Assembly: GCA_038231275.1 (NCBI GenBank)
Contig: JBBRLQ010000002.1
Coordinates: 480,001-544,000, forward strand
DNA length: 64,000 nt
From: Polyangiales bacterium
GTDB taxonomy: Bacteria; Myxococcota_A; Polyangia; Polyangiales; Polyangiaceae
Direction of reading: 5' to 3'
The notes beneath the pieces were generated by a model. The model was not told where the DNA came from. It saw only the letters and a list, made by a program, of their open reading frames with translations, and did not search any database. Position 1 is the stretch's first letter, and each line of letters starts with the position of its first letter. Shown here piece after piece: positions 27,987 to 36,100 of the stretch. The translations under genes and the position numbers were made by a program.

Positions 27987-29186
27987 TCAACGATTGACCG
28001 GGTGCGGTGCGACGTCGGGGTTCAGCTTGACGTCGTTGTTCACGACGACGCCGGACCCGTTTCGGAGCTTGAAGGCGCCGGACGTCACGACTTCCTCGCC
28101 GGCCTTCACTCCGTCGGCGATCGCGACGAAGTCACCGCGCGACTCGGAGATCTTCACGAACTGTTGGCGCGCGCTGCGGGCGACCTTGCCGTCCTTGTCG
28201 TGCACCGGCGCGCCGGCGTCGTCCTTTTTGTCTTCGACGATGAAGACCGAGTCCCCGAACGACGCATGGACGACGGCGGTGACGGGGATGACGACCGCCG
28301 GTGGGCGCGGAGGCAGGACGATCGCGACGGTCGCGAACATGCCGGGGCGCAGCTTCTCCTGCTTGTTGGGAACGCCGGCGCGCAGCTTGATCGAGCGCGT
28401 CGTCGGGTCGACCTGCGGCTCCACCGCGGCGATCGTCGCGTCGTAGACGGTGTCCACCGCGTTCTCGAGCGTGATGCGCACCGGCAGGCCGACCTTGATG
28501 TCCGGCAGCGCCTGCTGCGGTAGCGAGAAGTCGACGTAGACCGAGTCGGTCGACTCGAGGACGGAGAGCGGCGTCCCCGGATTCAGGTACTGGCCGATGT
28601 TGACGAGTCGGATGCCGAGGCGGCCGCCGAACGGCGCGCGGACGATCTTGCGATCGATCTGCGCCTGGAGGGCATTCAAATCGGTGCTCGACGTCTTCAG
28701 CTGCGCCTCGTCGGTGTCGACCTGCGCCATCGGGATCGAGTTGCTGTTGGCGAGCGCGCGGGTGCGGCCGAGGGTGATCTGCGCGAGATCGCGGCGCGCT
28801 TGCGCGGAGGCGAGCTGCGCGCGCTCGACGCTCGAGTCGAGCTCCACGAGGACCTGCCCCTGCTTGACGATCGCGCCCGAGTCGAACGAGATGCGGGTCA
28901 CGACGCCGGGCGCGTCGTTGCTGATCGTGACACCTTTGGCGGCGGCGACGCTACCGACCGCCGTGAGCGTGCCTTCCCACGCCTGCGACTGCGCGGGGGC
29001 GCTGCTGACGGTCTCCGGTGGCGGCCCGTTCTTCTGGTATTCCTTGCCCATCGCCATGAGCGACGAGATCTGGGAGAACTTGACGGTCACGAGCCCCCCG
29101 ACGAGGAGGATCAGGCCCAAGATGGGGAGCAGGTAGCGCACGACGCTGCGATGCTGGGGAAGGTCGAGACGTTCCGAGGTGTCCAT
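27987..29186 (-). CDS. RND periplasmic adaptor (MFP) subunit
   Basis: N-terminal TM, lipoyl motifs (GAIVKQGQVLVELD; RAPFGG), LRPGMFA, GEEVVTSG. Confidence 0.95.
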   Translation of the reverse strand: MDTSERLDLPQHRSVVRYLLPILGLILLVGGLVTVKFSQISSLMAMGKEYQKNGPPPETVSSAPAQSQAWEGTLTAVGSVAAAKGVTISNDAPGVVTRISFDSGAIVKQGQVLVELDSSVERAQLASAQARRDLAQITLGRTRALANSNSIPMAQVDTDEAQLKTSSTDLNALQAQIDRKIVRAPFGGRLGIRLVNIGQYLNPGTPLSVLESTDSVYVDFSLPQQALPDIKVGLPVRITLENAVDTVYDATIAAVEPQVDPTTRSIKLRAGVPNKQEKLRPGMFATVAIVLPPRPPAVVIPVTAVVHASFGDSVFIVEDKKDDAGAPVHDKDGKVARSARQQFVKISESRGDFVAIADGVKAGEEVVTSGAFKLRNGSGVVVNNDVKLNPDVAPHPVNR

Positions 29187-29201
29187 GAGGAGCGGCGCAC
29201 A

Positions 29202-29525
29202 CTAGCGCAACTTGGCCCCGCGCGGACGCCATCTAAAGCTTTCCAAGTTCACCGTTCCGTCACGATCGAAGCGCACGCCTTCGGACTCGAGCATCGCGCG
29301 CTGGAGGCCAGGATGCAGGCCGTCGGTCGACACTCCGCCCTTCGCGTTGAGGACGCGCTGCCACGGGATTTTCCCTTCGGGAGCTGCGCGGATCGCCCAC
29401 CCGATGCCCACCGGCGTCAGGCGACCGTCGATCATCCGTGAGAGCTGGCCATAGGTCGCCACCCTACCCCGAGGGATGCGCGCCACCAGGCGCCACACGC
29501 GCGCGAACGGGGCATCTGCCGCCAT
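29202..29525 (-). CDS. Alkyltransferase-like (ATL/YbaZ, MGMT family) DNA-binding protein
   Basis: IPRGRVATYGQL and IPWQRVLN (Trp replaces the catalytic Cys). Confidence 0.9.
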   Translation of the reverse strand: MAADAPFARVWRLVARIPRGRVATYGQLSRMIDGRLTPVGIGWAIRAAPEGKIPWQRVLNAKGGVSTDGLHPGLQRAMLESEGVRFDRDGTVNLESFRWRPRGAKLR

Positions 29526-29586
29526 GATTTGCGAGGATAGCTGCTGCCGAGCTTTCGGCGTCGGGGATCGGCGGTATCCTCCCGCC

Positions 29587-30609
29587 GTGAGCAACGTCAT
29601 CCTCGAGACACTGCCCCTCGGCTTTCCCTGGGTCACCGCCGATCCCTTCCTCTTTTGTGTGCACCACGACGACGCGTACCCCGAGGGCAACGACGCGCTC
29701 GGGCCCGCGGCGTCGCTCGCCGGGCGCGACCTCGGGCAGGACTTCGCGGGCAAGGACGGGTGGCGGATGTACCACGGCGAGATCGTGCCGGGCTTCCCGC
29801 AGCACCCCCATCGCGGCTTCGAGACGGTGACGATCGCGCGGCGCGGCTACATCGATCACTCCGACTCGCTCGGCGCGACGGCGCGCTTCGGACGCGGCGA
29901 CGCGCAGTGGCTCACGGCGGGCGGCGGCATCGTGCACGCGGAGATGTTCCCGCTCCTCGACAAGGGGAAGCCGAACCCGGTGGAGCTCTTCCAGATCTGG
30001 TTGAACCTCCCGAAGGACGACAAGATGGCGCCGCCGCATTTCGCGATGCTGTGGAGCGACGAGATCCCGACCTGCCGCTTCGAGGACGCGAAGGGAAGGA
30101 AGACCGAGGTCACGATCGTCGCGGGCGTGCTCGACGGAAAGCGCGCGCCGCCGCCGCCGCCGCGCTCGTGGGCGGCGCGTCCGGACACCGACGTCGCGAT
30201 CTGGACCCTTCGCATGGAGCCCGGCGCGACGTGGACGCTCCCGAAGGCGGCGACCACTGCGGCCATGCGCGCGCTCTACTTCTTCATCGGCAAGTCGCTG
30301 ACCCTCGGCGACCACACGCAGCGCGAGCACGCGGCGCTCGTCGTGAGGTCCGACGAGGACATCGTGCTCACAGCCGGAGACGACGCGTGCGAGATCTTGA
30401 TGCTCCAAGGACGACCGATCGGCGAGCCGGTCGTGCAGCATGGCCCGTTCGTCATGAACACGCGCGCGGAGATCCAGCGCGCGATGACCGATTACCAAGC
30501 CACGCGCTTCGGTGGCTGGCCGTGGCCGAAGGACGATCCGGTGCACGCGCGTACCGACGGACGCTTCGCCAAGCACGCCGACGGGCGCGTCGAAAAGAAG
30601 GACACCTAG
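29587..30609 (+). CDS. Pirin family protein
   Basis: DPFLFCVHH, GFPQHPHRGFETVT, WLTAGGGIVHAEM, FQIWLNLP and GPFVMNT motifs. Confidence 0.95.
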   Translation: MSNVILETLPLGFPWVTADPFLFCVHHDDAYPEGNDALGPAASLAGRDLGQDFAGKDGWRMYHGEIVPGFPQHPHRGFETVTIARRGYIDHSDSLGATARFGRGDAQWLTAGGGIVHAEMFPLLDKGKPNPVELFQIWLNLPKDDKMAPPHFAMLWSDEIPTCRFEDAKGRKTEVTIVAGVLDGKRAPPPPPRSWAARPDTDVAIWTLRMEPGATWTLPKAATTAAMRALYFFIGKSLTLGDHTQREHAALVVRSDEDIVLTAGDDACEILMLQGRPIGEPVVQHGPFVMNTRAEIQRAMTDYQATRFGGWPWPKDDPVHARTDGRFAKHADGRVEKKDT

Positions 30610-30806
30610 GAAAACGGCGTCAAAACAGAGGATTTCCTTCGAGAGGAGTCCGTGGCCCGCAGCAGAAAAGCTCTTCGCGGGGCGGAAATGCGCGTCGCGG
30701 CTGCTGTGAGCCCGTCCGGTGGCCGGGCCGGTGCGCCGGCGCATGTCCTCGCGCGAATTTCGCGCGCGCACGGCGCCGGTGGAGTAACCGCGCCACGGGA
30801 GACTGG

Positions 30807-31310
30807 ATGAGATTCGGGGAGACGTGGCGACCCGTCGTCAGGGCTGGCGCGTGGCTCGGCGTGGTCGACGGCATCAGCGCCGTCGTGATCAACGTCCTGA
30901 GATCGCCGACGGCGACATTCGCGCGCACGTTTCAGGGCGTGGCGTACGCCGTGCTCGGCAAGGACACGTTCGAGGAAGGCGCGGCGTCGACGCTGCTGGG
31001 GCTCGCGATGCACGTGACGGTCGCTTTCGCCTGGGTGACGGTGTGCTTCCTCGCCTTCCACTGGCTCCCCCGCGTCCGCCGGCTCGCGTGCGGAAGGTTT
31101 GGCGTCGCCGTCGTCGGCGTCCCCTTCGGCGCGTCGATCTGGCTCACGATGACGGTCATCGTTTTTCCGCTGACACGGATCGGAGCGCACGCGCCGTTCA
31201 CCTCGGCGGGCTATCTGATCAACTTCGTGCACCACATGCTCGTCGTCGGGCCGCTCGTGGTGGCACTCTTACGTCGACCTCTCGACGACGTCACGTCCAC
31301 GCGTCGATAG
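30807..31310 (+). CDS. 4-TM membrane protein (DUF1440-like)
   Basis: FQGVAYAVLG...LGLAMH...HMLVVGP pattern; GGGAG RBS. Confidence 0.7.
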   Translation: MRFGETWRPVVRAGAWLGVVDGISAVVINVLRSPTATFARTFQGVAYAVLGKDTFEEGAASTLLGLAMHVTVAFAWVTVCFLAFHWLPRVRRLACGRFGVAVVGVPFGASIWLTMTVIVFPLTRIGAHAPFTSAGYLINFVHHMLVVGPLVVALLRRPLDDVTSTRR

Positions 31311-32172
31311 TGCCGCCTGCGTCGCGCAGCGCCGAGAGGAACGCTTCGGGCTCCGCCGGCGAGAGGAATACGCGCGCCGGACCCTCCATGAGGACGCCGC
31401 TCTTGAGATCGGTCGCGAAGATGCGTGTGTTGGCGCCGTCCGCGCGGTAAAGGCCGGTGTAGTAGCCGGGGAACGCGGTGCCGAAGATGCGCATCGTCAC
31501 CTTCGGCGTGTGCGCACGCGCGTGGAGTGATCGCACCGGCCACGAGCGACGCGAGAAGAGCGTCTGCACCTCGAGCGTGTCGCCGTCGACGAGGTAGCGC
31601 ATGCGCTTCGGTCCCGCGAGGAACACGGCGACGATCATGCCCGTCGTGATCAGGAGGAAGAGCGCGGCGACCCCAGGGATGATCTTGAGGAGCGTCACGC
31701 CGCCCGGGGGCAGCGCGATTTCGAAATCGGTGCCGGCGTTGATCGCGGCGACGAAGGCCTCGGGATCGGGCGGGGTGACGACGACGCGGCGCTCCTCACC
31801 TCGAACGTCGAGCACGACGCCGCGGTTCGCGCAGCTCGTCGCCTGCCAGACGGGACCGAGCTCCGGGTACCACCAATTGCCCGTGCAGAGGCCAGGCGCG
31901 CCGGTGCCACGCGTGCGGTACCCACCGCGGAGATCGGTCACGCGAGCGTCGCGGATCCTGCCCTCCGCGAACATGTGCGTGCCGTCGAAATACGAGCCGG
32001 TGCCCACCTCGACGACGCCGCCGTGCGCGCGGTAGGTCACCTGGCCGGAGCCGGCGGCGATCGTGCCGAGCACGCCTCCGCCGACGAGCATGACGACACC
32101 GAGGACGATGGCAAGCACCAGGCCAGCACGGGAACGACGCTCACGCGGCCGAAACTCGCGAACCTTGGTCAT
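31291..32172 (-). CDS. Membrane protein with two bacterial PH (bPH_5-like) domains
   Basis: Duplicated R..GT..PG..TG motif (RTRGTGAPGLCTG; RIFGTAFPGYYTG) and VTPPDPEAF/LSPAEPEAF. Confidence 0.8.
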   Translation of the reverse strand: MTKVREFRPRERRSRAGLVLAIVLGVVMLVGGGVLGTIAAGSGQVTYRAHGGVVEVGTGSYFDGTHMFAEGRIRDARVTDLRGGYRTRGTGAPGLCTGNWWYPELGPVWQATSCANRGVVLDVRGEERRVVVTPPDPEAFVAAINAGTDFEIALPPGGVTLLKIIPGVAALFLLITTGMIVAVFLAGPKRMRYLVDGDTLEVQTLFSRRSWPVRSLHARAHTPKVTMRIFGTAFPGYYTGLYRADGANTRIFATDLKSGVLMEGPARVFLSPAEPEAFLSALRDAGGTIDAWT

Positions 32173-32232
32173 GTTTTCGCGCCCCAACCGCGATGGACGA
32201 GAAATTAATCACGGCTGGTCCCGCTGTCATCC

Positions 32233-33675
32233 TCACTTCGCGGCGACGTCGACGACGGTGCGGAAGATGACGCGCAGGCCGCGGCGGACGTTCTCCGCGC
32301 TGACGCGCTCGTCGTGGCCGTGTACGCCTTTCAGCTCCGCGCGCGTGACCTCGAACGGCACGAGCCCGTACGCGCGGACGCCCTTCTCGCGGAGGAAGCG
32401 CGAGTCGGTGATGCCGGGCGAGATCGCGGGGCCGGCCACGACGTTCGCGCGGCCGTCGATCGATTCGCGCACGAGCGCATCGAAAAGCGGGTCGGGCCAC
32501 GTGCTCTCCGAAGGCGAAGAGATCTGGATGGCCTCGAACGTGACCTTCGGATCGGCGACGAGCTCGCGTAGGCGCGTGAAGAAGTCGACGGGGCGCGTGC
32601 CAGGAAGGAGGCGGCAGTCGAGGATCGCCGACACCTCGCTCGGCACGACGTTGGGCGCGCGACGTCCCTCGAAGCCGGTGACGCTGATCGTGTCCATCAG
32701 CGTGGCGCTGGCTTCGGGGCTCGCGAGGAGCTTGCCGAGCGCGAACGCGCGGATGAGGACCGGACGCTCGAGGACGAAGCCCGTGAGCCCGCCCGCGTCG
32801 TCCCCGGCGCGCGCGGCGAGATCGTAGAGCGACGGAGGGATGACCGGCTCGATCGGACGCGCGCGGATGCGGCCGAGCGCGCGGAGCAAGCGATCGGGCG
32901 CGCGCCCCGGCGTCGGCGTGGAGCCGTGCCCCGCGTCGCCATGCGCGGTCATCTTGATCCAGAAGGCTCCCTTCTCGCCGACGGAGATCGCGTACGCCGT
33001 CTGACCGGGCACGAACAGATCTTTGATCCCGATGCCGCCCTCGTTGAGCACGTGCGAGCAACCGATGTCGCCCCAACGCTCTTCGGCGACGAAGCGCATT
33101 CCGCTGCCGCCGTTCTCTTCGTCGGCGAGCGCGAGGAGGAACACCGACCGCTTCAGCGGCACGTCGTGGCGCTTCAACAGCACCATCGTCATGAGCTCGA
33201 GGGCGCCGAGGCCTTTCATGTCGAGCGCGCCGCGGCCCCAGATCATGCCATGCTCGTCGAGCGTCGCCGAGAGGGGGCCCTTCCCGGGCGTCCATTTCTC
33301 CGCGTCGGCAGTGACGACGTCGATGTGCGACAGGAGGCATAGCGGCTTCTGCTCGCCGCTGCCCCTCAGCTCGGCGATGACGTTGCCGCGGCCGGGCGTC
33401 GATTCGACGATCTCGTACGGGATCCCTTCGCGCTTCAGGATCGCGGCGAGAAATTCGGCGCCGGCGAGCTCGTTGCCGGGCGGGTTCGTGGTGTCGACGC
33501 GGAGGTACCTGCGGAGGATCTCGATGGTCTCGTCGCCGGCGGCCTTCCAGTCGGGCGCGTCACGCCAGCGGCGTGCCTGCGCGGGCGACTCGGCGGGTGG
33601 CTGAACGACGGTCGCGCAGCCGAAGAGCGCGGGCAGCAGCAAGAGGAGCAAGAGGAGTCGTGAGCCTTGGCGCAT
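32233..33675 (-). CDS. M20/M25/M40 family metallopeptidase lipoprotein
   Basis: DTTNPPGNE, SHIDVV, GRGALDMKG, ADEENG, NEGG, GHGS, TDSRF and HGHDER motifs. Confidence 0.93.
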   Translation of the reverse strand: MRQGSRLLLLLLLLPALFGCATVVQPPAESPAQARRWRDAPDWKAAGDETIEILRRYLRVDTTNPPGNELAGAEFLAAILKREGIPYEIVESTPGRGNVIAELRGSGEQKPLCLLSHIDVVTADAEKWTPGKGPLSATLDEHGMIWGRGALDMKGLGALELMTMVLLKRHDVPLKRSVFLLALADEENGGSGMRFVAEERWGDIGCSHVLNEGGIGIKDLFVPGQTAYAISVGEKGAFWIKMTAHGDAGHGSTPTPGRAPDRLLRALGRIRARPIEPVIPPSLYDLAARAGDDAGGLTGFVLERPVLIRAFALGKLLASPEASATLMDTISVTGFEGRRAPNVVPSEVSAILDCRLLPGTRPVDFFTRLRELVADPKVTFEAIQISSPSESTWPDPLFDALVRESIDGRANVVAGPAISPGITDSRFLREKGVRAYGLVPFEVTRAELKGVHGHDERVSAENVRRGLRVIFRTVVDVAAK

Positions 33676-33746
33676 CGCGACCAACGTACGGCCCCGCGCG
33701 AGACGGCCGCAAGCGCCTGCTCCACGCGTGTCACCCCTTCATGGCG

Positions 33747-34460
33747 TCACTGCGTCTGAGGCGCCACGTCGAAGACGCCGTGCACGCGCAGCGTCGAGCC
33801 GGCGCGAACGCCCGCCCCCTGGACCAGGATCTCGTAGCTGCCGGCGATGCGCGCGGGACTCACGGTCGTGATGATGAGATCGCGCGCGGTGACCACGTCG
33901 CCGCCGTTCTGCGCGCCGCACGACACGAACGTGAGGTTTTTCCACCGATCGGGCAGCGCGCCGAGGCCGGCGTAGGAGTTGTCGGAGGTGATGAGGCTCA
34001 AGTTGCCCGTGCCGCCGGTCGGGCAGCTGACGATCGTGCCGGGCACGGGGTCCTTCGGCAGCCATGCTTGGATGCTGCGGCCCCAGTGGGGGAAGTCCAT
34101 GCCATAGGTGCCCTGGCTCACGATGTAGAAGGCCTCGAACGTCGTGAGGGACGCGACGACCACGCCGTCGACCTCCCAGACGATGGTCGGGGGTCCCGAC
34201 GGCGCGCCGTCTACACTGGGTGCGTCGGGTGCGACGCTCGCGTCTCCGTCGCCCGTATGCGGATCGGTGGAATCGCTTGGCGCGTCTTGCGCAGCGCCGT
34301 CGGTCAGTCCTGGCGGCGGTGTCGCTCCGGATCCACCATCCTGCCGAACCGCACCGGGGTCTCCTGCGTCGGCGTCCTGCGTCGACGACTCTCGGAACGA
34401 GCCGCACGCGCTCGTGCACGCGATCGTAAAGAGGAAACTGAAGGCGAGGAGCGCGCGCAT
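33747..34460 (-). CDS. Hypothetical lipoprotein
   Basis: Lipobox SAC, Asp/Gly/Ala linker, globular C-terminal domain. Confidence 0.7.
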   Translation of the reverse strand: MRALLAFSFLFTIACTSACGSFRESSTQDADAGDPGAVRQDGGSGATPPPGLTDGAAQDAPSDSTDPHTGDGDASVAPDAPSVDGAPSGPPTIVWEVDGVVVASLTTFEAFYIVSQGTYGMDFPHWGRSIQAWLPKDPVPGTIVSCPTGGTGNLSLITSDNSYAGLGALPDRWKNLTFVSCGAQNGGDVVTARDLIITTVSPARIAGSYEILVQGAGVRAGSTLRVHGVFDVAPQTQ

Positions 34461-34588
34461 TTCGTCCCACCGCCTTCTACGAGGCCGGGTGGGACAACCT
34501 TCCTGCCATCGAACACGATGCGGCGGTCCTCACGAAGGAGCCGGCTCCCGCGGGTGCCGGCTCCCCCCTTCGAGTCGAGCCGTAAGCG

Positions 34589-35650
34589 TCAGGGACGCGC
34601 TTCGAGCACCATGTTGAACGCCGTCTCGGTGGCCCGGCGGATCCGCGTGAAGCCGCCGGCGTCGACGACCTCGCGGAGACGCGCCTCACCGGCCTGCGCG
34701 CCGAGCGCCGGGCCGCCGAACGCGAGCGAGTGCGGGACGCAGAGCATCGTGGACGCCGAGTAGAAGACGCGGCCGACGCCGTTATGATTCTCCTCCGGCT
34801 TGTCGCTCGCGAACGGCTCGACGATCATCCAGGTGCCGTCCTTCGCGATCGTCTGCTTCACGCGCTTAGCCGCGCCCTTGGGGTCTTCCATGTCGTGCAG
34901 GCAGTCGAAGAAGCAGACGACGTCGTAGTCGTTGCCCGGGAAATCCGTGGATTTTGCGATCGCGAAGGTCACGCGGTCGGCGACGCCCGCTGCCTCGGCA
35001 CGCTTCTTCGCGAGCTCGATCGAGCCTGCGTGGTAGTCGAAGCCCCAGAAGCGCGAATTCGGGAACGCCTGCGCCATCAGGATCGTCGATGCGCCGACGC
35101 CGCAGCCGACGTCCGCGACCTTCGCGCCCTTCTCGAGCTTGGCCTTCACGCCGTCGAGCGCCGGGATCCACGCGCTGACGAGGTTGCCGATGTAGCTCGA
35201 ACGGAAGAAGCGCTCGGTGCCCTGGAAGAGGCACGGGTGCTGGTGGCCCCACTCGAGGCCGTGGCCGGTGCGGAAGTTCTGCGTCGTCTTGTCGGTGGCG
35301 GCCCAGCACGCGGCGGCGACCTCGAAGAGGCCGGGGAAGAACGCGGGGCTCGACTCGTCTGCGAGCACCGCGACGTGCTCGGGCGGCAAGGTGTAGCGCT
35401 TGCTCGTCGGATCGTAGACGACGTACGCGGCGGAGGCCTGCGCATCGAGCCACTCGCGGATGTAGCGCTCGCTCGTCTCGGTGCGCTTGGCGAGCTCGGA
35501 CGCGGTGATGGGGCCGTGCGCCGCCATCGCCTTCCAGAGGCCGAGGCGATCGCCGAGGACGACGAGGATGGAGCTGAGCGTGGCGCCGATGTCGCCGACG
35601 CACTTGTTGACGAAGTCGTTGAGCTTGGTTTCGTCGAGGGCGGTGGTCAT
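34589..35650 (-). CDS. Class I SAM-dependent methyltransferase with N-terminal wHTH (Rv2258c-like)
   Basis: GDRLGLWK, ERYIREWL, ADVGCGVG, FFDCLHDM and LGAQAGE motifs; AAGGAG RBS. Confidence 0.92.
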   Translation of the reverse strand: MTTALDETKLNDFVNKCVGDIGATLSSILVVLGDRLGLWKAMAAHGPITASELAKRTETSERYIREWLDAQASAAYVVYDPTSKRYTLPPEHVAVLADESSPAFFPGLFEVAAACWAATDKTTQNFRTGHGLEWGHQHPCLFQGTERFFRSSYIGNLVSAWIPALDGVKAKLEKGAKVADVGCGVGASTILMAQAFPNSRFWGFDYHAGSIELAKKRAEAAGVADRVTFAIAKSTDFPGNDYDVVCFFDCLHDMEDPKGAAKRVKQTIAKDGTWMIVEPFASDKPEENHNGVGRVFYSASTMLCVPHSLAFGGPALGAQAGEARLREVVDAGGFTRIRRATETAFNMVLEARP

Positions 35651-35666
35651 GGGGGTCTCCTTCGGG

Positions 35667-35707
35667 TTCATTCGAGGGGCGTGACGATCGGCCGGAACAA
35701 TGTTCCG
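35667..35707 (-). promoter_or_regulatory. Promoter/operator block copy 1 (palindrome CGGAACA-A-TGTTCCG plus CGTCACGCC)
   Basis: Near-identical to 36059-36100; perfect 7-1-7 inverted repeat at 35693-35707. Confidence 0.65.
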
Positions 35708-35755
35708 AAGGCCGCCGCGCCCGGGTTTTCGTTCACGAAGCTCGCTACTTGGAGC

Positions 35756-36052
35756 TCACGAGCACATTCCGACGGCCGGCAGCTCGCTCGACGTGGGCTC
35801 GACGCAGGTGGCGGAGGCGGCGGAGGTCGCGGCCTTGGTGCACACGCTGGGATCGGTCGAGGCGGGGTCGAAGCTGGCGGGGATCTCCGCGCACATCGGC
35901 GCCTTGGCGCGGGGCACCGTGGACGTCGTCGCGTAGGCCACGACCGCGGCGCGCGCGGCGGCGCCGGATTTGGCGGCGGGCGTGCAGCCGGCGGTGAAGG
36001 CGAGGACGGAGGCGACGGAGAGGGCGACGAGGATGCGGGGGTTCATGTTCAT
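35756..36052 (-). CDS. Small Ala/Ser/Thr-rich Cys-containing lipoprotein
   Basis: AAGGAG RBS, lipobox TAGC, four further Cys. Confidence 0.6.
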   Translation of the reverse strand: MNMNPRILVALSVASVLAFTAGCTPAAKSGAAARAAVVAYATTSTVPRAKAPMCAEIPASFDPASTDPSVCTKAATSAASATCVEPTSSELPAVGMCS

Positions 36053-36058
36053 GGCTCC

Positions 36059-36100
36059 TTCATTCACAGAGGCGTGACGAAGGGCCGGAACATCGTTCCG
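36059..36100 (-). promoter_or_regulatory. Promoter/operator block copy 2 (palindrome CGGAAC-ATC-GTTCCG plus CGTCACGCC)
   Basis: Matches copy 1; abuts the stop codon of the STAND ATPase at 36101. Confidence 0.65.

Noticed and set aside
24798..29186. RND pump lacking an outer-membrane factor as unusual
   Set aside because: Common; TolC-like channels are often encoded elsewhere
30610..30806. Possible ncRNA or riboswitch in the 197-bp intergenic region after pirin
   Set aside because: Only a weak hairpin; no recognisable family motif by eye. An Infernal/Rfam scan would be needed
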